Source: Candidatus Enterousia sp. (GTDB taxonomy: Bacteria > Pseudomonadota > Alphaproteobacteria > Rs-D84). From it: DNA of 64,000 nucleotides. Positions 29,439-38,302 of this stretch are shown piece by piece. A model generated the notes under the pieces. The model did no database searches and was not told where the DNA came from. It saw nothing but the letters and a program-made list of their open reading frames with translations. The stretch lies in the NCBI GenBank assembly GCA_045617905.1, contig JAZLJO010000014.1:516-64515 (forward strand), read 5' to 3'. Positions within the stretch are counted from its first letter, which is position 1. Each line of letters starts with the position of its first letter. A program made the position numbers and the translations under genes.

Positions 29439-30383
29439 TTGAAAACAATTTTAGTTTGTGGTGGCACCGGTTTTTTGGGTTCAAATTTATGTAATCGTCT
29501 GGTTGCAGATGGCAACAATGTAATATGTATCGACAATAACTATACAGGTCGTATTTTCAATATAAAAAATTTATTAGCCAATCCAAATTTTACCTTTATA
29601 AATCATGACGTTTGTAATCCAATTGATATCACAGAACCATTACATCAAATTTATAATTTGGCATGCCCCGCATCACCCGTCGCATATCAGGGTAAACACA
29701 GTATCACAACAACAAAAACATGCGTTTTTGGTGCAATAAATGTATTGGAATTGGCCAAACAAAATAATGCCCGTATTTTACAATTTTCCACATCAGAGGT
29801 TTATGGGGAACCAATGATCCATCCCCAGGTTGAAACATATCGTGGAAACGTAAACCCAATTGGGATCAGATCATGCTATGACGAAGGGAAACGTTGTGCC
29901 GAAAGTCTGTTCTTTGATTACCATAGACACGAAAATGTAGATATTAAAATTGTTCGAATATTCAATACATATGGCCCGAATATGGATCCAAATGATGGAC
30001 GGGTAATAAGTAATTTTATATGTCAGGCATTGCGTGGCCAAAATATCACGATTTATGGGAATGGGAACCAAACACGATCGTTTTGTTATGTTGATGATTT
30101 AATAGATGGTATTATTCGCATGATGGATTCAGAAAGTAATTTTACCGGTCCGGTAAATCTTGGCAATCCTTATGAAATTACAATCAAACAATTGGCAGAA
30201 ATGATCATTACAAAAATTGGTGGAAATATTATATACAAAGATTTGCCATTGGACGATCCAACACAACGTCGCCCCGATATCACATTGGCAAAAACAAAAT
30301 TGGGTTGGGAACCAAAAACAACACTTGGTGACGGTTTAGATAAAACAATAGAATATTTTAAAAAGAAAATTTCATCTATTTAA
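29439..30383 (+). CDS. UDP-glucuronate decarboxylase (UDP-xylose synthase)-like SDR
   Basis: The Rossmann motif [10 protein letters not shown], the catalytic YDEGKR (YxxxK), and end-to-end resemblance to UXS/ArnA-C-type enzymes. TTG start. Confidence 0.85.
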   Translation: MKTILVCGGTGFLGSNLCNRLVADGNNVICIDNNYTGRIFNIKNLLANPNFTFINHDVCNPIDITEPLHQIYNLACPASPVAYQGKHSITTTKTCVFGAINVLELAKQNNARILQFSTSEVYGEPMIHPQVETYRGNVNPIGIRSCYDEGKRCAESLFFDYHRHENVDIKIVRIFNTYGPNMDPNDGRVISNFICQALRGQNITIYGNGNQTRSFCYVDDLIDGIIRMMDSESNFTGPVNLGNPYEITIKQLAEMIITKIGGNIIYKDLPLDDPTQRRPDITLAKTKLGWEPKTTLGDGLDKTIEYFKKKISSI

Positions 30384-30473
30384 TATATATTAATATGATG
30401 TGCTATTAAACAGATATAATCTTTAATAAAAAACGAAACATTTTCTTATTATTTTTTTTCATAATCCCCACAA

Positions 30474-30778
30474 TCACGAGCCAAAATAATAACACGTTTC
30501 CGACATCTTAAAACTTCCTTTGGAATCCCTGCCTGTCGCCCCAGCAGGTATATAGCAGCCCGTAATACCAACCGGACTTGTATTGGTATTTTCGTGTAAT
30601 ATTTTTGTATTACTACTATAACTGGATGGTGCACTTGGACATTCACGACAAACATTACCAGATGCCAGATAATAATCACCATAACATCTGCACCCATAAG
30701 CCTCTGTTAATAAATCGTTCCATTGGTATATGTTCCACCAATTCCACCGGTAATATTACATTTTTTTGTAAAATATGT
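30474..30778 (-). pseudogene. promoterless, frameshifted fragment of the Cys-rich family (C-terminal half only)
   Basis: The minus strand translates to ..TYFTKKCNITGGIGGTYTNGTIY* and then, shifted by 1 nt, EAYGCRCYGDYYLASGNVCRECPS...GCYIPAGATGRDSKGSFKMSETCYYFGS*. This aligns with the C-termini of 27643-28230 and 30858-31433. It has no signal peptide, SD or 5' module. Confidence 0.5.
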
Positions 30779-30857
30779 TTAACTATGGAATTATAAGGCA
30801 GATGAATTAAAACATATACAATACAGCACAAAATTATTGAATCAAAAAACGCCCATT

Positions 30858-31433
30858 TTATGACGTATAATTACAACCATTGGTAAAATAAAATGTCCCC
30901 TTAGCATCTGTAAATCTAGTCGTGCTATCAAACCTACATGCAACAATAGGTGCCTGTCCCCCTGCCCCACCTGGGTGCACATTATAATGTGCAGGACACT
31001 GTATACAATCACCACTTAACAAATAATAGCCGGATGAACATGAAACAGACTGACCAGATGACGCCAACATAACATCACACGAATACCCAGCAGAAGATGT
31101 TGTCATTGTAGACTCACACCCCTTCATAATCCGAATTTCTTTGCCAGCACCACCAAACTTTATAGAATTGACCAAATCTGAAGAAATACACACCGCTGCC
31201 GTTGTATTATTACAAACTTGATTTTTACATCGGCCCGTTAAAGCATCTGACGACGCATAAGTAGCAACAGTACTTGATGGGAACGAAAATTTATACGTAG
31301 AAACCGCACTTGATACAGATATGCCTGCACCGCAATTTCCATTACATGCACAATACACATACCCCGCATACGCACGTTGTTCCATACGCAACAACATCAT
31401 CAACGCCATCAATGCAAAACGTCGTAAAAACAT
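30858..31433 (-). CDS. secreted Cys-rich protein, family member B
   Basis: Signal peptide MFLRRFALMALMMLLRMEQRAYA. The C-terminus reads CSSGYYLLSGDCIQCP...CRFDSTTRFTDAKGTFYFTNGCNY. Confidence 0.65.
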   Translation of the reverse strand: MFLRRFALMALMMLLRMEQRAYAGYVYCACNGNCGAGISVSSAVSTYKFSFPSSTVATYASSDALTGRCKNQVCNNTTAAVCISSDLVNSIKFGGAGKEIRIMKGCESTMTTSSAGYSCDVMLASSGQSVSCSSGYYLLSGDCIQCPAHYNVHPGGAGGQAPIVACRFDSTTRFTDAKGTFYFTNGCNYTS

Positions 31434-31506
31434 CTTTTCCCCTTATACCACACAATATAAAGGTTATTATATATATATATATATATATATATCAAGCACA
31501 AATTTT
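31376..31506 (-). repeat. shared 5' module, copy B
   Basis: See 28173-28299. Confidence 0.9.
31466..31495 (-). promoter_or_regulatory. putative promoter with a (TA)12 spacer tract
   Basis: On the minus strand: TTGATA (31495-31490), an 18-nt TA-repeat spacer (tract 31468-31491), and TATAAT (31471-31466). Confidence 0.5.
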
Positions 31507-31522
31507 AGGGTAAAAACATACG

Positions 31523-32938
31523 TTATTTTTCATTATTATAATAGCGCTGAACTTCGGTCATTACAAAATTAAATAACTTTCCGGCCATTGTATCAGATGG
31601 CACCGACCAATTTTTATCCAGGTATGGCATCGCTGCAACCAATATAAAACGTGCCATAAAATGAAAGATTTCACTTTCCAAAACCTGATTGGGACGAACC
31701 GGGGCATTTATTATATGAAAAACTTCATTCTCGATCGCATTATCTAATTTATCCAAAATGGCATCAAAAATTTTTTGCGGATAATGCATTGTACAATTTT
31801 TTGGAAAACCGTCAAATATTGTAACGGCCCCATCTTGGTTATACAGCATATTCCATCCAACACGATCAAATAAATCATCCAAACATTGACATATCATTAA
31901 ATTGTATTCACGCACACCACATTCATGAATATTTGCCCCAATACGTTCGAATTTTCCCGCATTTTTGACACCATCTTTACGTGAATGTTCGTATTGGATA
32001 TGTGTTTGACGTTCAAATTCAAAAAACGTCCTAACCTGGCAAATAATTTCCATTGGTACGATATGATCTGCTGTTCCAATATTAATAATCAATTTTGCAT
32101 CACGATAATTGCGTTGATTTTTAACATTATAAAAACTGTCCCGTACACCCAATACACGATCCGGCATCACTTCACGAACACGTTCAATAAAAAAACGTGC
32201 CTGCGGGACCAAATCAAACAAACATTTTACACGCCACACATCTTTTAAACGCCTGTGTACAGGGACGATTTTATCCAATGATCTTACCAAATCTACGGAT
32301 ATATTTTCATGTCCAGATCCAATTATCCCCAACACGACCGCCGCTGCATTAGTTATAAATTGAGATTCAAATTTTTCACGTATTTTATCACAAACCGCAT
32401 TAACGGATGCATTCCGCCCATGTTCTGTTAAAACCTGGGCGGTTGTATCCAAAACATCCTGCAAATATTGTTTATAATATTTTCCGGTAATTTTATCTAA
32501 TGCCCTGTTAATATTTTTTTGTGCACCAACAATCACCGTTACAATGGATGATACAGACAAATCAATTTTATGTGCATCACCGGCCGAAAAAAATTGATTA
32601 CGCATTGGATCCGCATCCAAACGATGGTGAACAATATATGGCATCAATGGATGAATGTCTGATATTCTAATACGTTCTTCTATGGCACGATCATTTTCGT
32701 AATCATACCGCAAAACCGGGGCCTTTGGTGCACCAAAACATTTACCTAAAAAATAAAAAACCTCACCAAACCATTTCATACCATTTGAATACAGTTGGGA
32801 TAAATATTTTGCCGCATCATCATTGATATCACCATTTATACGGGCATTATCAATAATGGACAGATTTTTTCTGTCATGTTCGGCCACCATATCTTCAACC
32901 GATTGTTCAATAAAATTTTTATTTTCCATATCAGACAT
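31523..32938 (-). CDS. hypothetical protein with a central RelA/SpoT-like nucleotidyltransferase-fold segment (divergent)
   Basis: 471-aa ORF starting 15 nt after the lysS stop. The segment RLKDVWRVKCLFDLV...RDSFYNVKNQRNYRDAKLII...VPMEIICQVRTFFEFERQTHIQYEHSRK parallels the synthetase-domain blocks D.AG.R.I / KDYI.NPK..GYRS.H / E.Q.RT....WA...H..YK. Confidence 0.4.
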   Translation of the reverse strand: MSDMENKNFIEQSVEDMVAEHDRKNLSIIDNARINGDINDDAAKYLSQLYSNGMKWFGEVFYFLGKCFGAPKAPVLRYDYENDRAIEERIRISDIHPLMPYIVHHRLDADPMRNQFFSAGDAHKIDLSVSSIVTVIVGAQKNINRALDKITGKYYKQYLQDVLDTTAQVLTEHGRNASVNAVCDKIREKFESQFITNAAAVVLGIIGSGHENISVDLVRSLDKIVPVHRRLKDVWRVKCLFDLVPQARFFIERVREVMPDRVLGVRDSFYNVKNQRNYRDAKLIINIGTADHIVPMEIICQVRTFFEFERQTHIQYEHSRKDGVKNAGKFERIGANIHECGVREYNLMICQCLDDLFDRVGWNMLYNQDGAVTIFDGFPKNCTMHYPQKIFDAILDKLDNAIENEVFHIINAPVRPNQVLESEIFHFMARFILVAAMPYLDKNWSVPSDTMAGKLFNFVMTEVQRYYNNEK

Positions 32939-32953
32939 ATATTATTTACACCA

Positions 32954-34420
32954 TTATTTCATTATAGGGAACAAAACGATATCACGCGTTGTCGGCACAT
33001 CAAATATTATTGTTGCCAAACGATCAACCCCCATACCAACACCAGATATTGGTGGAAAACCATGTTCCATGGCACGAACGAAATCGTTATCCGGATTAAA
33101 TGCCTCATCATCACCATTGGATATATTTTTTGCCTGTTCTTCAAATGCCGCCAACTGTTGAATCGGATTCACCAATTCAGAATACCCTTTGGCCAATTCA
33201 GCACCACAAACAACCAATTGGAACATATCCAAACGTCGTTCATCCGCATCAGAACGACGTGCCAATGGCACCATATAGGTTGGATAATTGTATAAAAATG
33301 TTGGTTGAATAATATTGCCACGGATTTTACGTTTATACACATAATCAACCAATGCAGGTAATGATTTTAAATCATCCAATTCACCGGCTGGGAACATACC
33401 ATTTGCAACAATTTTTTCACGCAATGCATCAACATCTTCAAAATCCAAAATATTACACCCAAATAATTCATTCATACGTGCGGTATAATCAATCATTTCA
33501 TATTTTGAAAAATCCAACGGGGTTCCCTGATATTCAATCTGTAATGTACCACGACATTTCTGCAATAAATATTGAACCAAATCCCATGTAAATTTAATAT
33601 TGCGCTCAAAATCCCAGTATGCCGCATACCATTCAACCATCGTAAATTCTTGCAGATGCATTGCATCCATGCCTTCATTTCGGAAATCCTTGGCAACTTC
33701 GAATACACGATCAAAACCGGCACCGATTGATTCCTTTAAGAATAATTCTGGTGAAATACGTAATTGAAAATCTGCATCCAATGCATTATGATGTGTAACA
33801 AATGGACGTGCCGCAGCCCCAGATGCAATATTTTGCATAATTGGCGTTTCGATTTCCAAATATCCATTATCCCACATAAATTCGCGCCAATAACGTTCCA
33901 TTTTAAAACGGCCAACCAACGCACGACGTGATTCAGGATTTGAAATTAAATCCAAATAACGTTGACGATAACGCGTTTCCATATCGGTTAAACCATGGAA
34001 TTTTTCCGGCAACGGACGTAATGCCTTTGATAAAATATCATAATGTTGAACACGAACCGTTAATTCACCCGCAGTCGTATGATACAGAACCCCAGTAATA
34101 CCAATAAAATCCCCTAAATCAACATTAGCCTTCATAAATTTATACTGGTCTTCACCCAATTCTTCACGTGACATAGAAAATTGAATTTCGCCATCAATAT
34201 CATAAATGCGGCCAAACATCAATTTTCCCAGCCAACGCAGGGCTGTAACACGTCCCGCCAATTTAACAGACACGTCATCCGACAAATTACGTGCATCACA
34301 AATTGTATGGCTGCGATCAAACCTGTCTTTCCATACAACACCATCACGTGCACGGATATTTTCAGCCTTTTGTAATCTGGCCTGTAATTCATTGGTTGAT
34401 ATTGTTACATTTTCTGACAT
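32954..34420 (-). CDS. lysS: lysine--tRNA ligase, class II
   Basis: N-terminal OB-fold region and class II motifs (DFRNEGMD, GVGMGVDRL). Start moved to ATG 34420, which is preceded by the AAGGAA SD. The track start is 34441. Confidence 0.95.
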   Translation of the reverse strand: MSENVTISTNELQARLQKAENIRARDGVVWKDRFDRSHTICDARNLSDDVSVKLAGRVTALRWLGKLMFGRIYDIDGEIQFSMSREELGEDQYKFMKANVDLGDFIGITGVLYHTTAGELTVRVQHYDILSKALRPLPEKFHGLTDMETRYRQRYLDLISNPESRRALVGRFKMERYWREFMWDNGYLEIETPIMQNIASGAAARPFVTHHNALDADFQLRISPELFLKESIGAGFDRVFEVAKDFRNEGMDAMHLQEFTMVEWYAAYWDFERNIKFTWDLVQYLLQKCRGTLQIEYQGTPLDFSKYEMIDYTARMNELFGCNILDFEDVDALREKIVANGMFPAGELDDLKSLPALVDYVYKRKIRGNIIQPTFLYNYPTYMVPLARRSDADERRLDMFQLVVCGAELAKGYSELVNPIQQLAAFEEQAKNISNGDDEAFNPDNDFVRAMEHGFPPISGVGMGVDRLATIIFDVPTTRDIVLFPIMK

Positions 34421-34445
34421 TTTACGTTCCTTGTTATACATTTAC

Positions 34446-34478
34446 ATAAAAAACGGACGCACAGAAATATGCGTCCGT
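34446..34478 (-). terminator. intrinsic-terminator-like hairpin in the lysS leader (possible attenuator, or terminator of an upstream transcript)
   Basis: On the minus strand: ACGGACGC-atatttctgt-GCGTCCGT followed by TTTTTTAT, ending about 25 nt before the lysS ATG. Confidence 0.6.
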
Positions 34479-34707
34479 CCCAAACTGATGGTCGCACGCA
34501 ATTAATAATTTTTTTTCAAACCACACATTTTATACATTTTCATACGTCCCGGTTCCATTACCATTTACCGCAAATTGCGAACCACACAGATTATGCCAAA
34601 AAAAAACAAAAAGTAAAGAAATAAAAACATTGTTTTTTAGGGCGAAAAAACCTCGCCGGTTCTGTCACACTCCGATTTTCCCACAGATATGAATTTATTA
34701 TCCATAT

Positions 34708-34809
34708 AAATTTGTGCGAACTACATTTTTTATTATTGTCTGCGACGCAATAGGCCCCGTTATTCAACGGGGTGACGGCGTAAGAGAAAGTTGCTATCCC
34801 AGATTACGT
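34708..34809. repeat. conserved noncoding element, copy 2 (paired with 7869-7958)
   Basis: It has the same ordered blocks as copy 1, plus an ~11-nt insertion after the first block. Confidence 0.6.
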
Positions 34810-34882
34810 TCTTTTGCATACTTTTTTAGCAACAAAATCATAGTTACGGTCGGAACATCTCTCTCGATCGTCATGCCGGCCA

Positions 34883-35179
34883 TCATCGTGATTGCAATAA
34901 TCTAACATCATCAAATTCTGGATACCTGGTAAACATTGTGCGTGCGAATGGACACATTGGTATAATTTTACGGTGTTGTTTACGTGCCAAATCACAAACA
35001 AGACGAACCAAATTCAACCCTATTTTTGAATTTCTGAAATCATCCGATACAAATGTATGATCGATTATAAATTTATCAATACCAACGCGAACAAATGATA
35101 TTTCACCAATATTTTTTCCATGCAACATTGCATAATATCCCGTCCCGTTATTACATAAAACATATTCAATATCATCCAT
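34883..35179 (-). CDS. small GNAT-like N-acetyltransferase (YjdJ-type)
   Basis: 98-aa ORF. The pattern IIDHTFVSDDFRNSKIGLNLV...IIPMCPFARTMFTRYPEFDD matches the ~90-aa GNAT-like family as I recall it. Confidence 0.65.
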   Translation of the reverse strand: MDDIEYVLCNNGTGYYAMLHGKNIGEISFVRVGIDKFIIDHTFVSDDFRNSKIGLNLVRLVCDLARKQHRKIIPMCPFARTMFTRYPEFDDVRLLQSR

Positions 35180-35242
35180 TACATGCCCCCTTTTTATAAA
35201 TTATACCAACAACCATTTCGCATATAAATATGATTGAATACA

Positions 35243-35265
35243 CAAAAAAAGGGGCATTTAGCCCC
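35243..35265 (-). terminator. rho-independent terminator after ldh
   Basis: On the minus strand: GGGGC-taaat-GCCCC followed by TTTTTTT. Confidence 0.8.
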
Positions 35266-35276
35266 AAATAATATTA

Positions 35277-36224
35277 TTATTTTTTTAAATTTATCGCGTC
35301 ATAATTTTTTCTTATCACCTTCGCACTGTTTTTCAACGCAGTTCCATCATCTGGTGTCATTTTTGGTGTTAATGATACCACCGCCCCATTAAATCCAACA
35401 ATGCGTGGCATTGACATTGCAACTTTGCGTGGCCCAATACCGGTCGTACAACTAACGGTTAAAATGCGATGTTCATCATTTGCAATACAACGCACCAAAT
35501 CGGCAACCGCAGCACCAATTCCATCCCATGTTGCACCACGCCCCCGAATAATTTCATACGCGGCACTGTGCACACGATGTGATATTGTTTTACGCGCAGT
35601 CACAGACAAAGGTATTTTTACCTGTTTGCAAAGATCATCCAATGCCAATCCACCAATTGTAACCCCCGCCCAATCAACAACACTGCTGTCACCATGTTCA
35701 CCTAATACACATGCATTTACCGATTGACTGGATACACCAAATTGATGTGCCAATATTGTTCGCAAACGTGCAGTATCCAACATTGTTCCCGTTCCAATCA
35801 CACGTTCTGATGGTAATTTTGTTAATTTTTGTGTTAACATCACCATTACATCCAACGGATTTGTAACGACGATTATTTTAACCGTTTTTGCATCAACATT
35901 TGCCATAACATTTGGAATAATATCGGCCAATACTGCTGCATTTTTATTCAATAAATCTGTGCGCGTTTCCCCCGGTTTTTGATTTGCCCCTGCTGCAATT
36001 ATCACAATATCTGCCCCACGAATGCCTTTATAATTACTGGCCGCAGATATTTTTACATCAAAACCAAACGTTGCCGCATGTCCCAAATCAGCCGCCGCCG
36101 CGGTTGCACGAATGGCATCACGGTCAAACAAAACCATTTCATGAACATACCCGGTATTACGCACCGCCGTTGCAACGGCAGAACCGACAGATCCAATCCC
36201 AATAATTGCGATTTTCATATTCAA
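35277..36224 (-). CDS. ldh: L-lactate dehydrogenase
   Basis: The Rossmann motif IIGIGSVGSA, GANQKPGETR (Gln at the LDH/MDH discriminating position), and the GEHGDS motif. Confidence 0.82.
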   Translation of the reverse strand: MNMKIAIIGIGSVGSAVATAVRNTGYVHEMVLFDRDAIRATAAAADLGHAATFGFDVKISAASNYKGIRGADIVIIAAGANQKPGETRTDLLNKNAAVLADIIPNVMANVDAKTVKIIVVTNPLDVMVMLTQKLTKLPSERVIGTGTMLDTARLRTILAHQFGVSSQSVNACVLGEHGDSSVVDWAGVTIGGLALDDLCKQVKIPLSVTARKTISHRVHSAAYEIIRGRGATWDGIGAAVADLVRCIANDEHRILTVSCTTGIGPRKVAMSMPRIVGFNGAVVSLTPKMTPDDGTALKNSAKVIRKNYDAINLKK

Positions 36225-36306
36225 TCCTCTTAATTATATTTCTTTGAATATTATAACATAAAAACACAATAATCTGTATAAACATATTGGATTCTAATCG
36301 CAATAC

Positions 36307-37461
36307 CTATACATCAAAATTATAATTTTTTACAGATTTTACAATTGATTCAACCAATTTATCTTGATGATTGGCACTTTGTAATAATTTTTCTTCATCC
36401 GGATTTGATAAATGTCCCAATTCAATTAATGCCCCCGGTACGGTCGAACGCAATACGGCGAACGGCGCATGACGAACATCTGGCCCCGGTTGTTGTTCAA
36501 TATTTGATTTCACAAATGCACGGGAACAACCGCTGGCGTATTCTTCGGACATTTCTGCAACCGCATGCTGTTGCAATGCAGACAAAGCACTGCGAATATT
36601 TGGTTCAAAATCTGAAAAACCATTTACGCCGATTTTATCTGCTGCATTTTCCGATTCTGCTAATTTTTTTGCTTCCTCGTCAGATGCCTTTTCCGATAAT
36701 GTATAAATTGAAAATCCCTTCATTGTACGTTTTGGGTTGGCGTTTGCATGTAATGATAAAAACAAATCTGCTTTACGTTTTTCGGCAATTTCTGCACGTT
36801 CTGCCAATTTTAAATATCTGTCATCACTGCGGGTTAAATACGTTTTAAAACCGTTTGATTCCAAACGTGATTTTAATTTTTTTGCAACAGATAAAACTAT
36901 TGTCTTTTCCTGGGTTCCGTTACGACCAATACACCCCGGATCTTTGCCCCCATGGCCCGCATCAATAACAACAATATATTTTTTTGATGTATCAACCGAT
37001 GACTTAGATGTTTTATTTGTCGGCTTTGATGTTGAACGTTTACCTGCGGCAAAATCCAAAACCAAACGATAATCATTATCACCATTTGGTTCCAAAATCA
37101 TAATTTGCGATTTTGGGATTTCTGCAATATCAGAATTTAAATTTGCAATAATATCTATACGATCCCCTGTTTGGGTCTGCGTTATAGATTTAACCAATGT
37201 CCCATTTGCCAAATTTGGTTTCAAAAATTTATTTGGTGCCGTATTTGCAAAACCAACCGTTAATTGATTTGGTGAATATGTTAATGAATATGATGGTTTA
37301 ACAGCAGTTTCAATAACCAAACGTGTCTTTCCATCTGGCTGATTACCAGTTCGAACATTTTTTAATGCGTTTCGTGCTGCAAATGCAACACGTGGCAACA
37401 TACACAGCGCCGCCACACCAAAACCACCAATTTGTAAAACCGCCCTACGTGAAAACTTCAT
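36307..37461 (-). CDS. N-acetylmuramoyl-L-alanine amidase (AmiC-like, with an AMIN domain)
   Basis: RR-containing signal peptide (SRRAVLQIGGFG...AFA), an AMIN-like N-domain, and an Amidase_3 core (IDAGHGGKDPG...LSLHANA). Confidence 0.88.
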   Translation of the reverse strand: MKFSRRAVLQIGGFGVAALCMLPRVAFAARNALKNVRTGNQPDGKTRLVIETAVKPSYSLTYSPNQLTVGFANTAPNKFLKPNLANGTLVKSITQTQTGDRIDIIANLNSDIAEIPKSQIMILEPNGDNDYRLVLDFAAGKRSTSKPTNKTSKSSVDTSKKYIVVIDAGHGGKDPGCIGRNGTQEKTIVLSVAKKLKSRLESNGFKTYLTRSDDRYLKLAERAEIAEKRKADLFLSLHANANPKRTMKGFSIYTLSEKASDEEAKKLAESENAADKIGVNGFSDFEPNIRSALSALQQHAVAEMSEEYASGCSRAFVKSNIEQQPGPDVRHAPFAVLRSTVPGALIELGHLSNPDEEKLLQSANHQDKLVESIVKSVKNYNFDV

Positions 37462-37507
37462 TACGATATTAAATTATACCAAAAAATATCATTTTTTTCA
37501 AGTTTAT

Positions 37508-37538
37508 CAAAAAATAATAACGGGGCCATTGGCCCCGT
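37508..37538 (-). terminator. rho-independent terminator
   Basis: On the minus strand: ACGGGGCC-aat-GGCCCCGT followed by a T-rich run. Confidence 0.75.
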
Positions 37539-37544
37539 TTATAT

Positions 37545-38282
37545 TTAATTCAAAAAGTATTCAATTGTTGATACAACACGAACCGTCTTATTTATCTGAC
37601 TGGTTTCATCGGCATTTGGCGTTTGTTCACGTGGCAAAATTGAAAACACACCCTGATTTGCACGACGGATTTTACCAACCCGGGCATCAGAACTTTTTGC
37701 AAATTCATCTGCGGCCTGGCGTGCATTTTGTGTTGCCGCCTGTAACATTGCAGGTTTAATATCGTTTAAGCCCGTAAACAAATATGCAACGGGCGATCCA
37801 TATTCTTGGTTATCAAAAACGACCCCTTGGGCAACCAATGATCCGATATTACGTAATGTTTCTTCAACTAAATTAACCTGTGCAGACCGAACTGTTATTT
37901 CCTGGGTTAAAATATAGCGTGGGCCATTTGAATTATCACGATATGGATTGGCCATTAAATCGTTTGTATTTATACGCCCAACCATAATTTCTGTATCTGT
38001 AAATCCACGTGATGTTAAATAATCTGCTATTTTTATCATATTATCATGCAATTTTTTCTGCACAGCCGCCAAATCAGAACCGGTTGATTGAAATTTAATT
38101 ACCCATACTGCAACATCGGCAACAACATCACGTTCAGCCAACCCTTTAACGGTTACTGTTCGATTATTCATATGTGCGGCATAATATCCGCGTCCAACCG
38201 AAAAACCACCAAACGCCAATCCAACACCAACCAACGCAGCAGAAATTACTTTATTTTTAATTGTCATCCCTTTGATTTCCAT
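37545..38282 (-). CDS. SIMPL-domain (DUF541 / BP26-like) periplasmic protein
   Basis: N-terminal TM/signal segment and overall resemblance to BP26/Omp28-type proteins (V.V.G.AE..V.AD.A...I). Confidence 0.7.
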   Translation of the reverse strand: MEIKGMTIKNKVISAALVGVGLAFGGFSVGRGYYAAHMNNRTVTVKGLAERDVVADVAVWVIKFQSTGSDLAAVQKKLHDNMIKIADYLTSRGFTDTEIMVGRINTNDLMANPYRDNSNGPRYILTQEITVRSAQVNLVEETLRNIGSLVAQGVVFDNQEYGSPVAYLFTGLNDIKPAMLQAATQNARQAADEFAKSSDARVGKIRRANQGVFSILPREQTPNADETSQINKTVRVVSTIEYFLN

Positions 38283-38302
38283 TTTTTACCCCCATTTTTA
38301 TG

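Noticed and set aside
30449-30697. The track ORF MGADVMVIIIWHLV... (82 aa, minus strand).
   Set aside because: It is in the wrong frame. The adjacent frame carries clear similarity to the C-termini of the Cys-rich family, so the region is called a pseudogene fragment instead.
27643-31433. A diversity-generating retroelement (template/variable repeat) as an explanation for the three related C-terminal regions.
   Set aside because: There is no reverse transcriptase gene in the window. The copies are too divergent at the DNA level, and the differences are not adenine-specific.
34446-34830. A T-box or lysine (L-box) riboswitch upstream of lysS.
   Set aside because: I could find neither the T-box GGUGGUACCGCG-like sequence next to the terminator nor the L-box core blocks. 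Only the terminator-like hairpin is supported.
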